Notes under the pieces: generated by a model
Seen by the model: the letters and a program-made list of their open reading frames with translations, nothing else
Databases searched by the model: none
What the model was told of the DNA's origin: nothing
Shown here: one piece after another, positions 1 to 13,441 of the stretch
Layout: every line of letters begins with the position of its first letter
How positions within the stretch are numbered: position 1 is the first letter of the stretch
Position numbers and translations under genes: made by a program
Assembly (NCBI RefSeq): GCF_051097895.1
Contig: NZ_CP142525.1
Coordinates: 480,001-512,000 of the forward strand
Direction: 5' to 3'
Length of the DNA: 32,000 bases
From: Psychrobacter sp. HD31
GTDB lineage: Bacteria > Pseudomonadota > Gammaproteobacteria > Pseudomonadales > Moraxellaceae

Positions 1-1991
1 GTAAGTACACGAACATTATCGCCATACTTTTCGCCAAATAATGCCATCGCACCTTTTGCCATTGCTTCATCAATTGGCATCGTTTGAGCTTGTGCTTGGG
101 TATTCGCTAAGACTTGCTCATTAACCATGCGTTCTATCTTAACCAGCTCTTCTATAGATACTGGGCGGTCAAGTGAAAAGTCAAAACGTAATACATTGCT
201 GGTGACTAAAGAGCCTTTTTGGCTAACGCCATCACCCAAAACGTTACGCAATGATGCATGTAGTAGGTGAGTTGCTGAGTGGTTTTTAGCACTATTGACA
301 CGCACAGTCGATTCAACTTGTGCGTCAGCCGTTTGGCTTGCACTAACTGCACCCATCGTTACTACACCATAGTGGATGATTGCTTGCCCAGACTTTTTAG
401 TATTTTGGACTTTAAACACGCCTGAAGCTGTGTGAATTTCGCCCAATTCACCTGCTTGACCACCACCCTCAGCATAAAATGGGGTTTTATCAAGCACAAT
501 CACACCTTCTTGACCTTCAGTCAAGCTGCCTAATGGTTTCCCTTCTTGATAAATAGAAATAATGTTGCTATTGGCTTCAGAAAGTTGCTGATAGCCTAAA
601 AACTCAGTTGGCTTTTGTACATTAATGAGGGCAGTGTAATCAACATCAAATTTACCAGCATCACGTGCTCTATCACGTTGTGCTTGCATTTGTTCTTCAA
701 AACTTGCTTCATCGATACTAATGCCTTTTTCACGTGTAATATCTGCGGTTAAATCAAGCGGGAAACCATAAGTATCGTACAGCTTAAAGGCAGCTTCTCC
801 CGATAAAGTATCACCTGTTTGCAAGCTTTCCAACTCTGTAGATAATAAACGTAGCCCTTGTGCTAAGGTTTTAGCAAATTGGGTTTCTTCTTTTTCAATG
901 GCGTTTTCTATATGTGATTGGTGTTCAACCAGCTGAGGGTATGCTTCTCCCATTTCTTTTACTAAAGGCGCAACCATTTTATTAAAAAAGTTTTCATTTG
1001 CACCTAGCTTATTCCCATGACGTACAGCACGGCGGATGATGCGGCGCAATACATAACCACGTCCTTCATTACTTGGTATAACGCCATCTGCAATTAAAAA
1101 TGATACAGCGCGGATGTGGTCAGCAATAACTTTTAATGAGGGTTGTTGATTGTTATTAATGCCAATAATTTTTGCAGCTGCATTCATCAGGTTAACAAAA
1201 ACATCGACTTCATAGTTGCCATGCACGCCTTGCATAATGGCGCTAATGCGTCCAAGTCCCATACCAGTATCAACACTTGGTTTTGGCAGCTTTTCCATAG
1301 AGCCATCTTTTTGGCGGTTGTATTGCATGAATACACAGTTCCAGATTTCGATATAGCGATCGCCATCTTCTTCTGGGGTACCAGGTAAGCCGCCTTCAAC
1401 CTCTGGTCCGTGGTCATAAAAAATTTCACTGCATGGTCCACATGGTCCGGTATCACCCATCATCCAAAAGTTATCAGATTGGTAAGGTGCGCCTTTGTTA
1501 TCACCAATACGGATGATACGCTCTGGTGCTAAACCAATTTTTTTATTCCATATATCAAAAGCTTCATCATCACTCTCATAAATTGTAACGTATAGCTTAT
1601 CTGCATCTAGCCCCAGCCAATTTTTTGAAGTTAAAAACTCCCATGCAAACGGGATGGCCGATTCTTTAAAGTAATCACCAAAAGAAAAGTTGCCCAACAT
1701 CTCAAAAAAAGTATTGTGACGAGCGGTGTAGCCAACGTTATCTAGGTCGTTATGTTTGCCACCAGCACGTACACATTTTTGAGAGGTGACAGCACGATTG
1801 TAGTCACGCTGTTCTAAGCCTAAGAAGGTGTCTTTAAATTGGTTCATGCCTGCATTTGTAAACAGTAGAGTAGGGTCATCATGTGGGATAAGACTTGAAG
1901 AAGGTACATGTGTGTGTCCCTTGCTTACAAAAAAATCGATAAAAGCTTGACGAAGCTGATTTGAAGACATGAAATTAACTGGCTGGCTCAT
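1..1991 (-). CDS. alaS: Alanine--tRNA ligase, N-terminal ~663 codons; the C-terminal part lies outside the window
   Basis: Absent from the ORF track because the frame is open at the window edge. Minus-strand translation from the ATG at 1991-1989 reads [58 protein letters not shown]...[39 protein letters not shown]...[14 protein letters not shown]. The same frame is still open at base 1, where it reads [23 protein letters not shown] lies ~10 nt upstream of the ATG. Confidence 0.93.
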   Translation of the reverse strand, partial: MSQPVNFMSSNQLRQAFIDFFVSKGHTHVPSSSLIPHDDPTLLFTNAGMNQFKDTFLGLEQRDYNRAVTSQKCVRAGGKHNDLDNVGYTARHNTFFEMLGNFSFGDYFKESAIPFAWEFLTSKNWLGLDADKLYVTIYESDDEAFDIWNKKIGLAPERIIRIGDNKGAPYQSDNFWMMGDTGPCGPCSEIFYDHGPEVEGGLPGTPEEDGDRYIEIWNCVFMQYNRQKDGSMEKLPKPSVDTGMGLGRISAIMQGVHGNYEVDVFVNLMNAAAKIIGINNNQQPSLKVIADHIRAVSFLIADGVIPSNEGRGYVLRRIIRRAVRHGNKLGANENFFNKMVAPLVKEMGEAYPQLVEHQSHIENAIEKEETQFAKTLAQGLRLLSTELESLQTGDTLSGEAAFKLYDTYGFPLDLTADITREKGISIDEASFEEQMQAQRDRARDAGKFDVDYTALINVQKPTEFLGYQQLSEANSNIISIYQEGKPLGSLTEGQEGVIVLDKTPFYAEGGGQAGELGEIHTASGVFKVQNTKKSGQAIIHYGVVTMGAVSASQTADAQVESTVRVNSAKNHSATHLLHASLRNVLGDGVSQKGSLVTSNVLRFDFSLDRPVSIEELVKIERMVNEQVLANTQAQAQTMPIDEAMAKGAMALFGEKYGDNVRVL

Positions 1992-2102
1992 TGAAAAATC
2001 CTAGCTAAATGAGATAAATAATTATAAATACAAAGGTATATATTTTAGCATAGATATTAATGCTGGGTGAATATCTACCACTTGTATAAATTGACAATTT
2101 AA

Positions 2103-2134
2103 CAAAAAAGACCAAAGCATTTGCTCTGGTCTTT
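2103..2134 (-). terminator. Rho-independent terminator downstream of the L,D-transpeptidase gene
   Basis: Arms agaccaaagc (2109-2118) and gctctggtct (2123-2132) form a 10-bp stem with one mismatch and a 4-nt loop. On the minus strand a T-run follows (A-run 2103-2109 on the plus strand). Confidence 0.6.
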
Positions 2135-2179
2135 AAAGTAAGGCTGTTAAAATGACAAACCTAAATTGAATTAATGATA

Positions 2180-3565
2180 CTACTTAAGCTCAACAGTTGC
2201 ACCGCGTTTGATGTTAGCATAAACCTCTAACACATCCCAGTTTGTTAAGCGGATACAACCGTGTGATGCTTGGCGACTAATACCTTCAGGTACTGGTGAG
2301 CCATGCAAACCATAAGATGGTCTTGATAAGCCCATCCATACTACACCAACAGGGTTGTTTGGACCTGGTGCAATTTTATATTTTTTAGCGGTTGCGCCTT
2401 CACCCACTGTTGCATTGTACCAAGGCATTTTCACTTTGTTTACAATTTTATAAGTACCATGTGGTGATGGTGTTGCACTGCTTCCAACGGTTGTTGGGTA
2501 AGTGGCAACAAGCTTGTTACCATTATAAGCGTAAAGGGTTTCATTTTTTTTGTTTGCTACCACACGGGTAATGGTTTCATTTAATGATAAACCTGGGTTA
2601 TAAACGGTAATTGTTTGCCCAGCAACAAACTTTTTACCCTTATTAAGTTTTTTAAGGTAGTTAATATCCATGTGGAAGCGTTCGGCAAACATTTCATAAA
2701 TATTATTGTAGTACATACCTGGTAGTTTTGACTTAGCTGGGTAACCAGATGGAATTTGCATAAATCGAGTATTCGCATCTTGTTTGCTAATGGTATATTC
2801 AACTAAAACTGGGCGTTCATCAGGGATTTTTGCGGTTAATGCATTCCAAGTCGCTTGATCCATACGTCCTGTTTGTTTAAGCCCTTTCATTGCCTGAAAG
2901 TTTTTAAGTGCTTTTTTACTATTCATACCCCAACCGCCATCAATAGGACCTGGCGAGGCATGGTTCCAATCTAGCAAAGCTTGTAACTTAACTGTCATGG
3001 TGTTTACTTTTTTCATGCCTGGTGTCCACTTGCCTTTATTAACGGCTGCTGCGTATTGCGAAAGCGTGGCTGTTTTTGTACCAGGTGGCAATTGGTTGGT
3101 ACCGGTTTGCGTATTGGTGGTGGTTGTTTCGACTGCTGTTCCTTTAATGATGCTATCAATGGTGGTGTCATCATTGCCAACTAAGTCGTTGTTACGCTCT
3201 GACTCTGGCAGTTCATAGGCTAGGGGATCAGATGAAGTGTCACTAACAACACCAACATTGGTTATCTCAGTTGCGGTATTATTAGCTTCTGTAATCACAT
3301 TTTGAATTTCATCATTCGCATCTGTTTTAGTATTTTCTAAAACAGTGCTACTTTCTTTAATAGTTGTGCCAGATAAACTCTCGATTGTAAAAGCTTGAGG
3401 TTGTGATGCCTGTTGAGCACTGGCATCCTGCAACTCATTAAATGGTAAAGTTTTTTCAGTTGCCGCTGTTGCCGAGATAGATGCGATAGCAATAGAGCTA
3501 GCCAGCAGAGTGGTTGAGAGTCCTTTCAAGCCAAACTTGCTTGAATCAAATGAAAATTTTTGCAT
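2180..3565 (-). CDS. Secreted L,D-transpeptidase (YkuD domain) with a PG_binding_1-like domain and a long low-complexity linker
   Basis: C-terminal catalytic motif HGSPVPEGISRQASHGCIRLTNWDV. Peptidoglycan-binding-like segment LQALLDWNHASPGPIDGGWGMNSKKALKNFQAMKGLKQTGRMDQATWNAL. Start moved to MQKFSF... (ATG 3565-3563), which has an AGAGG Shine-Dalgarno sequence and the signal peptide LLASSIAIASISATAA. The ORF-track upstream extension lacks an SD. Confidence 0.85.
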   Translation of the reverse strand: MQKFSFDSSKFGLKGLSTTLLASSIAIASISATAATEKTLPFNELQDASAQQASQPQAFTIESLSGTTIKESSTVLENTKTDANDEIQNVITEANNTATEITNVGVVSDTSSDPLAYELPESERNNDLVGNDDTTIDSIIKGTAVETTTTNTQTGTNQLPPGTKTATLSQYAAAVNKGKWTPGMKKVNTMTVKLQALLDWNHASPGPIDGGWGMNSKKALKNFQAMKGLKQTGRMDQATWNALTAKIPDERPVLVEYTISKQDANTRFMQIPSGYPAKSKLPGMYYNNIYEMFAERFHMDINYLKKLNKGKKFVAGQTITVYNPGLSLNETITRVVANKKNETLYAYNGNKLVATYPTTVGSSATPSPHGTYKIVNKVKMPWYNATVGEGATAKKYKIAPGPNNPVGVVWMGLSRPSYGLHGSPVPEGISRQASHGCIRLTNWDVLEVYANIKRGATVELK

Positions 3566-3937
3566 GTTAACCTCTTTTGAGATGAAAATAGATATAAAAA
3601 TAAATTGTGCAAATTTAATCGTCAAGAATAATAGCAATATTTTGTAACAGATTTCATTGGTAGATTTGTAACTGTATTTTTAAAACTTATCGCTATGAAA
3701 TGATTTTTGCCTTATTTTAGCAAAAAAATGTTACATAAACATAAATTCTTTATTTTTAAACATTAGGATGGATTTGTTTTTACTAACCATTATTGATAAA
3801 AGATGGAATCTTTATAGAGATATTAGTGCATTTAATTGTTATTATGATGGCATTGCTTATATAATTGCTAAATATTTTATTTAAATAACGTTTAATTAAA
3901 AATTGGCATAACTTAAAATTTGAGGTTAATAATAAAA

Positions 3938-5065
3938 ATGCAAATTCATGAGTTTGAAGATACCGAATCTGAAAATATAAACACACAAATAGAAACACCA
4001 GCGTCTCATCAATTAGCGACTGAATATGAGGATGATTTAGAACGAGAATTAAACGAAGCACATCAATCCTTGCGTACGATTCGTGACTTTATTCGTTTTT
4101 GTGTGACTCAACTACGCAGTTATGATGTGGTGGTTGCTCAAGGGACAACCGACGAGTTTGCAGAAAGTGCTGCCATTGTAATGCATACGTTATCGCTTGA
4201 TTGGGCGGTAGATGAGCAAATTTTAGATTGTCGATTAACTGATAATGAAAAAACTGCCGTACTGACTTTATTACAACAGCGAATCATTGAACGTAAACCT
4301 CTTAGTTACTTGATTAATTTATCCTATTTTTGCGACTTGCCATTTTATGTTGATGAACGAGTATTAATCCCTCGTTCACCCATTGCAGAGTTAATACGCC
4401 AGCAGTTTTATCCTTATTTTGAAACCAATGACCTAGCTAAATCAGTCATTATAGATGATAAATCAAGTAATGAGCAGTTTTACTCACATGGTTTAGAAGA
4501 GCTGTTTTTATCAAGTCCAGAACGTATCTTGGATTTATGTACAGGTTCTGCTTGTATTGCGATTGCGCTTGCGAGTCGTTTTGTGAATGCCGCTATTGAT
4601 GCAACGGATATTGACAAAAATGCATTAGAAGTAGCCGCGGTAAATGTAGAGCACCATGGCATGGTTGGGCAAGTTAATTTGGTCGAGTCGGATTTATTTG
4701 AGAAATTAAACCCAGAAAACCAATATGATTTAATTGTTACAAACCCGCCATATGTTGATGCTGCGATTATGGCAGAATTACCGCCAGAATTTATTCATGA
4801 GCCAGAGCATGCGCTTGCGGCAGGGCAAGATGGCCTAGATTTGGTACATCATATTTTGTATCAAGCATCAGGCTTTTTAACCGATAAAGGCTTGTTGGTT
4901 TGTGAAGTGGGTGAGAGTGAATGGGCGTTAAATCAATCTTATCCAGAAATACAGTTTGATTGGCTAAAATTTGCGCATGGTGGACACGGTATTTTTGCAA
5001 TTACCAAAGATGAGCTAGTTAAGTATCGTGATCTGTTTGCACAAAAAGTTAACAACTTGGCTTAA
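3938..5065 (+). CDS. prmB: Ribosomal protein uL3 glutamine N5-methyltransferase (PrmB/YfcB-like)
   Basis: NPPY motif (LIVTNPPYVD), SAM-binding LDLCTGSACIAIA, and YVDERVLIPRSPI as in E. coli PrmB. It sits directly upstream of aroC, as in E. coli. The ORF-track start at 3920 is a TTG; the first ATG is at 3938, with GAGG at 3922-3925. Confidence 0.85.
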   Translation: MQIHEFEDTESENINTQIETPASHQLATEYEDDLERELNEAHQSLRTIRDFIRFCVTQLRSYDVVVAQGTTDEFAESAAIVMHTLSLDWAVDEQILDCRLTDNEKTAVLTLLQQRIIERKPLSYLINLSYFCDLPFYVDERVLIPRSPIAELIRQQFYPYFETNDLAKSVIIDDKSSNEQFYSHGLEELFLSSPERILDLCTGSACIAIALASRFVNAAIDATDIDKNALEVAAVNVEHHGMVGQVNLVESDLFEKLNPENQYDLIVTNPPYVDAAIMAELPPEFIHEPEHALAAGQDGLDLVHHILYQASGFLTDKGLLVCEVGESEWALNQSYPEIQFDWLKFAHGGHGIFAITKDELVKYRDLFAQKVNNLA

Positions 5066-5121
5066 GTATTAACTTAGTCTTTATTATAAATTTTAGGGTA
5101 AAGGAATAAAAAGGTAATAGA

Positions 5122-6225
5122 ATGGCAGGTAATACAATTGGTCAAGTATTTACAGTAACTACTTGTGGTGAGTCGCACGGTGTTGGTCTTATGGCGATTG
5201 TTGATGGTGTACCACCAGGGCTCGAGCTGAGTACAGCTGACTTACAAGTTGATTTAGATCGCCGCAAACCCGGTACTTCAAAATTTGCAACTCAACGTAA
5301 AGAAGCCGATGAGGTAGAGATTATCTCTGGTGTGTTTGAAGGCAAAACAACAGGCACTTCTATTGGGCTATTAATCCGTAATACGGACCAAAAATCAAAG
5401 GACTATAGCGAAATTGCAGATACTTTCCGTCCAGGGCATGCTGACTATACCTATAGTATGAAATATGGTTTTCGTGATTATCGCGGTGGTGGGCGCTCAT
5501 CTGCACGTGAAACCGCGATGCGAGTGGCGGCGGGTGCCATTGCAAAAAAATATTTGGCAAAAAAACTTGGTATCCAAATTAATGGTCATGTGACACAAAT
5601 TGGTGCTGAACATGCTAAGCCAATGGACTATCAAGATATTGACTGGGCGTTTGTAAACAGCAATCCATTTTTTACTGCTGATGCCAATGCGCTACCAAAA
5701 TTTGAAAAACTTATTACCCAGCTGCGTAAAGAGGGTACCAGTTGTGGTGCTAAATTAGAAGTGATTGCAACCCATGTTCCTGTGGGGCTTGGTGAGCCAG
5801 TTTTTGATAGATTAGATGCAGATATTGCGCATGCCATGATGAGTATTAACGCGGTTAAAGGCGTTGAGATTGGTGATGGTATGGCTGTTGCTGGGCAGTA
5901 TGGGCATTCAAGCCGAGATGAGTTGACCTCAGATGGGTTTACGTCTAACCATGCAGGCGGTATCTTAGGTGGCATTTCTTCTGGTCAGCCAATTAGCGTT
6001 AAAATTGCCTTAAAACCAACTTCGAGCATTACAACAAAAGGTAAAAGCATTAATTTAAAATCTGAAGCCGTTGAGATGCTAACAAAGGGTAGGCATGACC
6101 CTTGTGTGGGTGTTAGGGCAACGCCTATTGCAGAGGCAATGCTTGCCATTGTTTTGCTTGATCACTATTTACGTCACCGTGCTCAAAATGCAGATGTCAT
6201 TCAACCTATTACCCCTATTGAGTAG
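5122..6225 (+). CDS. aroC: Chorismate synthase
   Basis: [20 protein letters not shown]..., [21 protein letters not shown] and GRHDPCVG motifs. Length 367 aa. Confidence 0.95.
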   Translation: MAGNTIGQVFTVTTCGESHGVGLMAIVDGVPPGLELSTADLQVDLDRRKPGTSKFATQRKEADEVEIISGVFEGKTTGTSIGLLIRNTDQKSKDYSEIADTFRPGHADYTYSMKYGFRDYRGGGRSSARETAMRVAAGAIAKKYLAKKLGIQINGHVTQIGAEHAKPMDYQDIDWAFVNSNPFFTADANALPKFEKLITQLRKEGTSCGAKLEVIATHVPVGLGEPVFDRLDADIAHAMMSINAVKGVEIGDGMAVAGQYGHSSRDELTSDGFTSNHAGGILGGISSGQPISVKIALKPTSSITTKGKSINLKSEAVEMLTKGRHDPCVGVRATPIAEAMLAIVLLDHYLRHRAQNADVIQPITPIE

Positions 6226-6414
6226 TCGAGTTTTACAGACTTTTTATTAAAGCCCTATTTGTAGATTTATATCACTAATGGCTTAGCTTTATATGCATTA
6301 GCTGGTAGAAATTTTTTGCTATTTATTTTATAATTAGCCTCATGAATTTAATAAATAGTCGGTAGACTATTTTACTTCAAACCTGTTCATTTATTTAATC
6401 TGGAGATAACTTTA

Positions 6415-7803
6415 ATGAGCGATGCAACTAGTTTACAACAAAAATATACGGACCTTTTAAACCTGCAAAAACAGCAACAACAAGCGGCTGTTAAAGCACT
6501 TGACCTGCTACAAACTTTGCAAGAAAACGATGTTGAAGTTAGCTTTTTAGGTTCAACACTTGATAATAAGTCTGTACAACAACTAATTGCCATGCATGAA
6601 GAAAACCAGTTAGATATTTTAAAAACGGTTGAAGCTTTAAATGCGTTAGTTGAACAACAAATTACAGCGGCAAAGTTAGACATTGCTTTATTACTTAAAC
6701 AAGGTGTTGATGTTGCTGGTTTAACTGGTGGTAATGCTAACCAATCACAAGATGTTGTATTGTATGGTTTTGGTCGTATCGGTCGTATTTTAACGCGTCT
6801 GCTTGCTGCTAAAGCTGCCAGTGATAAAGGGCTACAGTTAAAAGCGATTGTTGTTCGCCCTGCAAAAGCAGGCGACTTATTAAAGCGTGCTAAGCTATTA
6901 ATGCATGACTCAGTACATGGTGCTTTTGAAGGGTCTGTTGTCTTAGATGAAGAAAACAACGGTTTGATTGTTAATGGTCGTTTTATTCAAGTTATTTATG
7001 CTAAAAACCCAAATGAAATTAACTACACCAGCTATGGTATCGATAACGCCTTGATTATTGATAACACAGGTATCTGGACAGATGAAGAAGCGTTAGGTCA
7101 GCATTTGCAGTCTAAAGGTGTGAGCAAAGTGTTGTTAACCGCACCAGCAAAAGGTGATATCAAAAACATCGTATACAATGTAAATGACGACACCATTGGT
7201 GATGATGTGATTGTGAGTGCCGCAAGTTGTACAACCAATGCAATTACACCAACGCTTAAAGTATTGCATGATGAGTATGGTGTTGAAACAGGGCATGTTG
7301 AAACAATCCACTCTTATACCAACGACCAAAACCTAATTGATAACTATCATAAAAAAGACCGTCGTGGTCGTAGTGCTGGGCTTAACATGGTTATTACTAG
7401 CACAGGCGCAGCAAAAGCTGTTGGTAAAGCCTTGCCAGAGCTTAACGGCAAGTTAACTGGAAATGCCATTCGTGTACCAACACCAAATGTTAGTATGGCA
7501 ATTTTAAACCTAAACTTAAAAACAGCACCAGCAAGTGCTGATGCCTTAAATGCGTTCTTGCAAAGTGTTGCAGAATCAAATAAATGGCAAGCACAAATTG
7601 ATTATGTGGATTCAACTGAAGCTGTTTCTACTGATTTTGTTGGTGCACAAAAAGTTGGTATTGTTGATGCACAAGCAACGATTGTTACTAACAACCATGC
7701 TACTGTATACATTTGGTATGATAATGAAGTAGGCTATAGCACACAGGTATTACGTGTTGCAAAACAAATGGCTGGTATCAACTATGTTGATTTGTTAGCA
7801 TAA
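6415..7803 (+). CDS. gap: Glyceraldehyde-3-phosphate dehydrogenase, long form with a ~110-aa N-terminal extension
   Basis: Rossmann motif VLYGFGRIGRILTRLL begins near residue 115. Catalytic motif SAASCTTNAITP, then GAAKAVGKALPELNGKLTGNAIRVPTPNVS. The N-terminal ~110 aa are Q/L/A-rich and look helical. Confidence 0.85.
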   Translation: MSDATSLQQKYTDLLNLQKQQQQAAVKALDLLQTLQENDVEVSFLGSTLDNKSVQQLIAMHEENQLDILKTVEALNALVEQQITAAKLDIALLLKQGVDVAGLTGGNANQSQDVVLYGFGRIGRILTRLLAAKAASDKGLQLKAIVVRPAKAGDLLKRAKLLMHDSVHGAFEGSVVLDEENNGLIVNGRFIQVIYAKNPNEINYTSYGIDNALIIDNTGIWTDEEALGQHLQSKGVSKVLLTAPAKGDIKNIVYNVNDDTIGDDVIVSAASCTTNAITPTLKVLHDEYGVETGHVETIHSYTNDQNLIDNYHKKDRRGRSAGLNMVITSTGAAKAVGKALPELNGKLTGNAIRVPTPNVSMAILNLNLKTAPASADALNAFLQSVAESNKWQAQIDYVDSTEAVSTDFVGAQKVGIVDAQATIVTNNHATVYIWYDNEVGYSTQVLRVAKQMAGINYVDLLA

Positions 7804-7816
7804 GCCACAAATTTAA

Positions 7817-9106
<1,290 letters not shown>

Positions 9107-9177
9107 TTTGTAAATCGTAGGATGTGGCTAATACTGACAATGTCTATCACAAGATAAAGGGTATTTGGATACTGATA

Positions 9178-9642
9178 ATGGAACAGCATATATGGATGAA
9201 TATCATTAACAGAGTCTTGCTTCGGTTAATCAGACTTTATCTGAGGTTTGCATTTGTCTTTTATCCCATGTGGTTTATTATTGTAGTTATTCTTATTGTG
9301 TTTGCATTTGCTGGTGACAATCCATTTTTTTACGAATCTAATCAATGGGGTTGGAATATTTGGTTGATTGTTGGCAACGCTATTCGACTTTTTTTTCAAT
9401 TAAGCCTATGGTTCTATTTATTAATAAATGTTGTGATTCTGATTAAGGGAGTTTTAAACTCAAGTATTATTCTAGAAAATAAATATTGTTTTTTACACTC
9501 TTTTTTAACAATCCTTGCTCTTATTTTTTGGTTCTATATGCCTGGGTTCTTAGCTTTTGTTATTTGTATGGTGGCTAGCAATATCTGTTTATATCTACAT
9601 CAAAAAAAATCGAAGAAAAATAATCTAAAGTTATTTTATTAA
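9178..9642 (+). CDS. Hypothetical small multi-pass membrane protein (AT-rich orphan)
   Basis: A 172-codon frame stays open in very AT-rich DNA (row 9421-9480 has 14 G+C of 60 by hand count), where stop codons should be frequent. There are 4-5 hydrophobic segments, e.g. FAFVFYPMWFIIVVILIVFAFAG and ILALIFWFYMPGFLAFVICMVASNICLYL. The start is uncertain: GTG at 9124 or ATG at 9178, neither with a good SD. No family recognised. Confidence 0.45.
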   Translation: MEQHIWMNIINRVLLRLIRLYLRFAFVFYPMWFIIVVILIVFAFAGDNPFFYESNQWGWNIWLIVGNAIRLFFQLSLWFYLLINVVILIKGVLNSSIILENKYCFLHSFLTILALIFWFYMPGFLAFVICMVASNICLYLHQKKSKKNNLKLFY

Positions 9643-9762
9643 TTATCATATAAAAACTCTAACTTTATTTCCGTTGATTTTAATATTTGTAAGAAGTGTA
9701 TATGATTGGGATAAAAGTGTAGAAATGGAATATTCGCCTTAATTTACAATAATTACTCCATT

Positions 9763-9797
9763 AAAAAATGCCTAAAATTATTTAGGCATTTTTTTAT
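9763..9797. terminator. Bidirectional hairpin terminator
   Basis: aaaaaatgcctaaa (9763-9776), loop atta, tttaggcatttttt (9781-9794). A perfect stem flanked by an A-run and a T-run. Confidence 0.7.
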
Positions 9798-9845
9798 TTT
9801 AATAAAGTAAGTTATTTACTATATTGTTCTAAAATTTATATCAAA

Positions 9846-9880
9846 CAAAAAAAACGGATTAAATGTTAATCCGTTTTTTA
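9846..9880 (-). terminator. Rho-independent terminator ending the thi gene string (downstream of thiC)
   Basis: The minus strand reads aaaaaacggattaa-cat-ttaatccgtttttttt. A 12-bp perfect stem (9851-9862 with 9866-9877) and an 8-T run begin 18 nt after the thiC stop. Confidence 0.8.
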
Positions 9881-9897
9881 TTATTTACATTATTTGA

Positions 9898-12341
<2,444 letters not shown>

Positions 12342-12384
12342 TAAGTTTTGTTGCCCTTTTATTTGTTAACTTTCGCTGGTTTAT

Positions 12385-12444
12385 TTAACTGGCTTTTATT
12401 TCACTAGTCTTAACTTAACTAGCCTTGATTTAACTGGTCTTGAT
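12385..12444. repeat. Four degenerate tandem copies of a 15-nt unit spanning the thiD stop codon
   Basis: ttaactggcttttat / ttcactagtcttaac / ttaactagccttgat / ttaactggtcttgat. The last two units encode the ThiD C-terminus (..YQDQLNQG*). Confidence 0.8.
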
Positions 12445-13273
12445 ATGCCCAATGATTGACAGCACCATGCCCATGACCAATGCCTATACCACCCTGTTGA
12501 TTGATGAGCGGATTGCTGATTGCACAAGTGATAAAGTCTTTTGCAGTGCGTATCGCTTGCTCAAAGCTATGACCTTTCGCCAATTCAGCGGTAATACAAG
12601 CAGAAAATGTACAGCCAGTACCGTGAGTATGTGGGGTGTCAAATCGTTTTGCAGTGAGGGTGAATTCGCCTTCTGGGGTCAATACATAATCAGTGCTTTC
12701 ATCTCTTAATGTGGCATCCAGCTGATGACCTCCCTTAATGATGACTGTCTTTGCTCCTGTTGTTTGCAGTTTTTTTGCAGCTTTCTTCATGTCTTCCAGA
12801 TTATGAATTTGCATGCCAGTTAGGGCTTCAGCTTCTGGAATATTTGGGGTTAATACATCTGCCAGTGGTAAAAGTTCATTTGTTAATGCATTTATAGCGG
12901 TATCTTCAAGTAAAGAAGCCCCACCTTTGGCAATCATGACAGGGTCAAGCACACATAATCCAATGTCATATGTACGTAAAGCATCTGCGACACAGTGAAT
13001 AATTTCTGCATTACCCAACATGCCAACTTTAAACGCCGTGGGTGCAAAATCATCAGCGATGGCTTTTAATTGTGCAGAAATGGTAGTCGTGGGAATCGGG
13101 TGAATGTCTGTTACGCCTAGGGTATTTTGAGCGGTAATGGCAGTGATGACTGACATACCAAACACGCCACGCATTTGCATGGTTTTTAAATCCGCTTGAA
13201 TCCCAGCACCGCCACCACTATCAGACCCTGCGATGGTGAGTGCTTGAGCAAAGTAATTGTTTTGTATGGTCAT
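12419..13273 (-). CDS. thiD: Hydroxymethylpyrimidine/phosphomethylpyrimidine kinase
   Basis: ALTIAGSDSGGGAGIQADLKTMQMRGVFGMSVITAITAQNTLGV matches the E. coli ThiD N-terminus. Start is uncertain: ATG at 13273, 13285 or 13294, or the ORF-track TTG at 13312. 13273 best fits the length of E. coli ThiD. Confidence 0.9.
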   Translation of the reverse strand: MTIQNNYFAQALTIAGSDSGGGAGIQADLKTMQMRGVFGMSVITAITAQNTLGVTDIHPIPTTTISAQLKAIADDFAPTAFKVGMLGNAEIIHCVADALRTYDIGLCVLDPVMIAKGGASLLEDTAINALTNELLPLADVLTPNIPEAEALTGMQIHNLEDMKKAAKKLQTTGAKTVIIKGGHQLDATLRDESTDYVLTPEGEFTLTAKRFDTPHTHGTGCTFSACITAELAKGHSFEQAIRTAKDFITCAISNPLINQQGGIGIGHGHGAVNHWAYQDQLNQG

Positions 13274-13441
13274 TTTTAGTTCCATTTTTTCCATTGTTCT
13301 TACATTAGTCAATAAACAGTTTGATGGCTATTTGATTAACGCTCTGATTACCTATTTATTGCATGGTTCGTTCTAAGCGTTTGCTTTCGTTTATTTACGC
13401 TCTTAATTTACTTTTTTAAAATCCAGATAGGCTAAGTTTTA

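Noticed and set aside
1143-1456. ORF-track entries 1143-1388 (+) and 1187-1456 (-)
   Set aside because: Both lie inside the alaS coding region, in the wrong strand or frame. The alaS frame gives an unmistakable AlaRS sequence across this interval.
3626-3690. Direct repeat tttgtaac(a/t)g in the ldt/prmB intergenic region as a regulator site
   Set aside because: Only ~9 nt are shared, in very AT-rich DNA. There is no dyad symmetry and no way to link it to a factor from sequence alone.
3783-4061. 92-aa minus-strand ORF in the ldt/prmB divergent region
   Set aside because: It overlaps the prmB 5' end and lies in AT-rich DNA. The product is dominated by I, L, N and F, as expected from composition alone.
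6387-6959. 190-aa Cys/Ser-rich ORF on the minus strand (…CCCCFCRFK…)
   Set aside because: It is antisense to the Q/A/L-rich N-terminal extension of gap. CAA/CAG/GCT-rich sense codons read as TTG/CTG/AGC on the other strand and avoid stops. It has no SD and no independent support.
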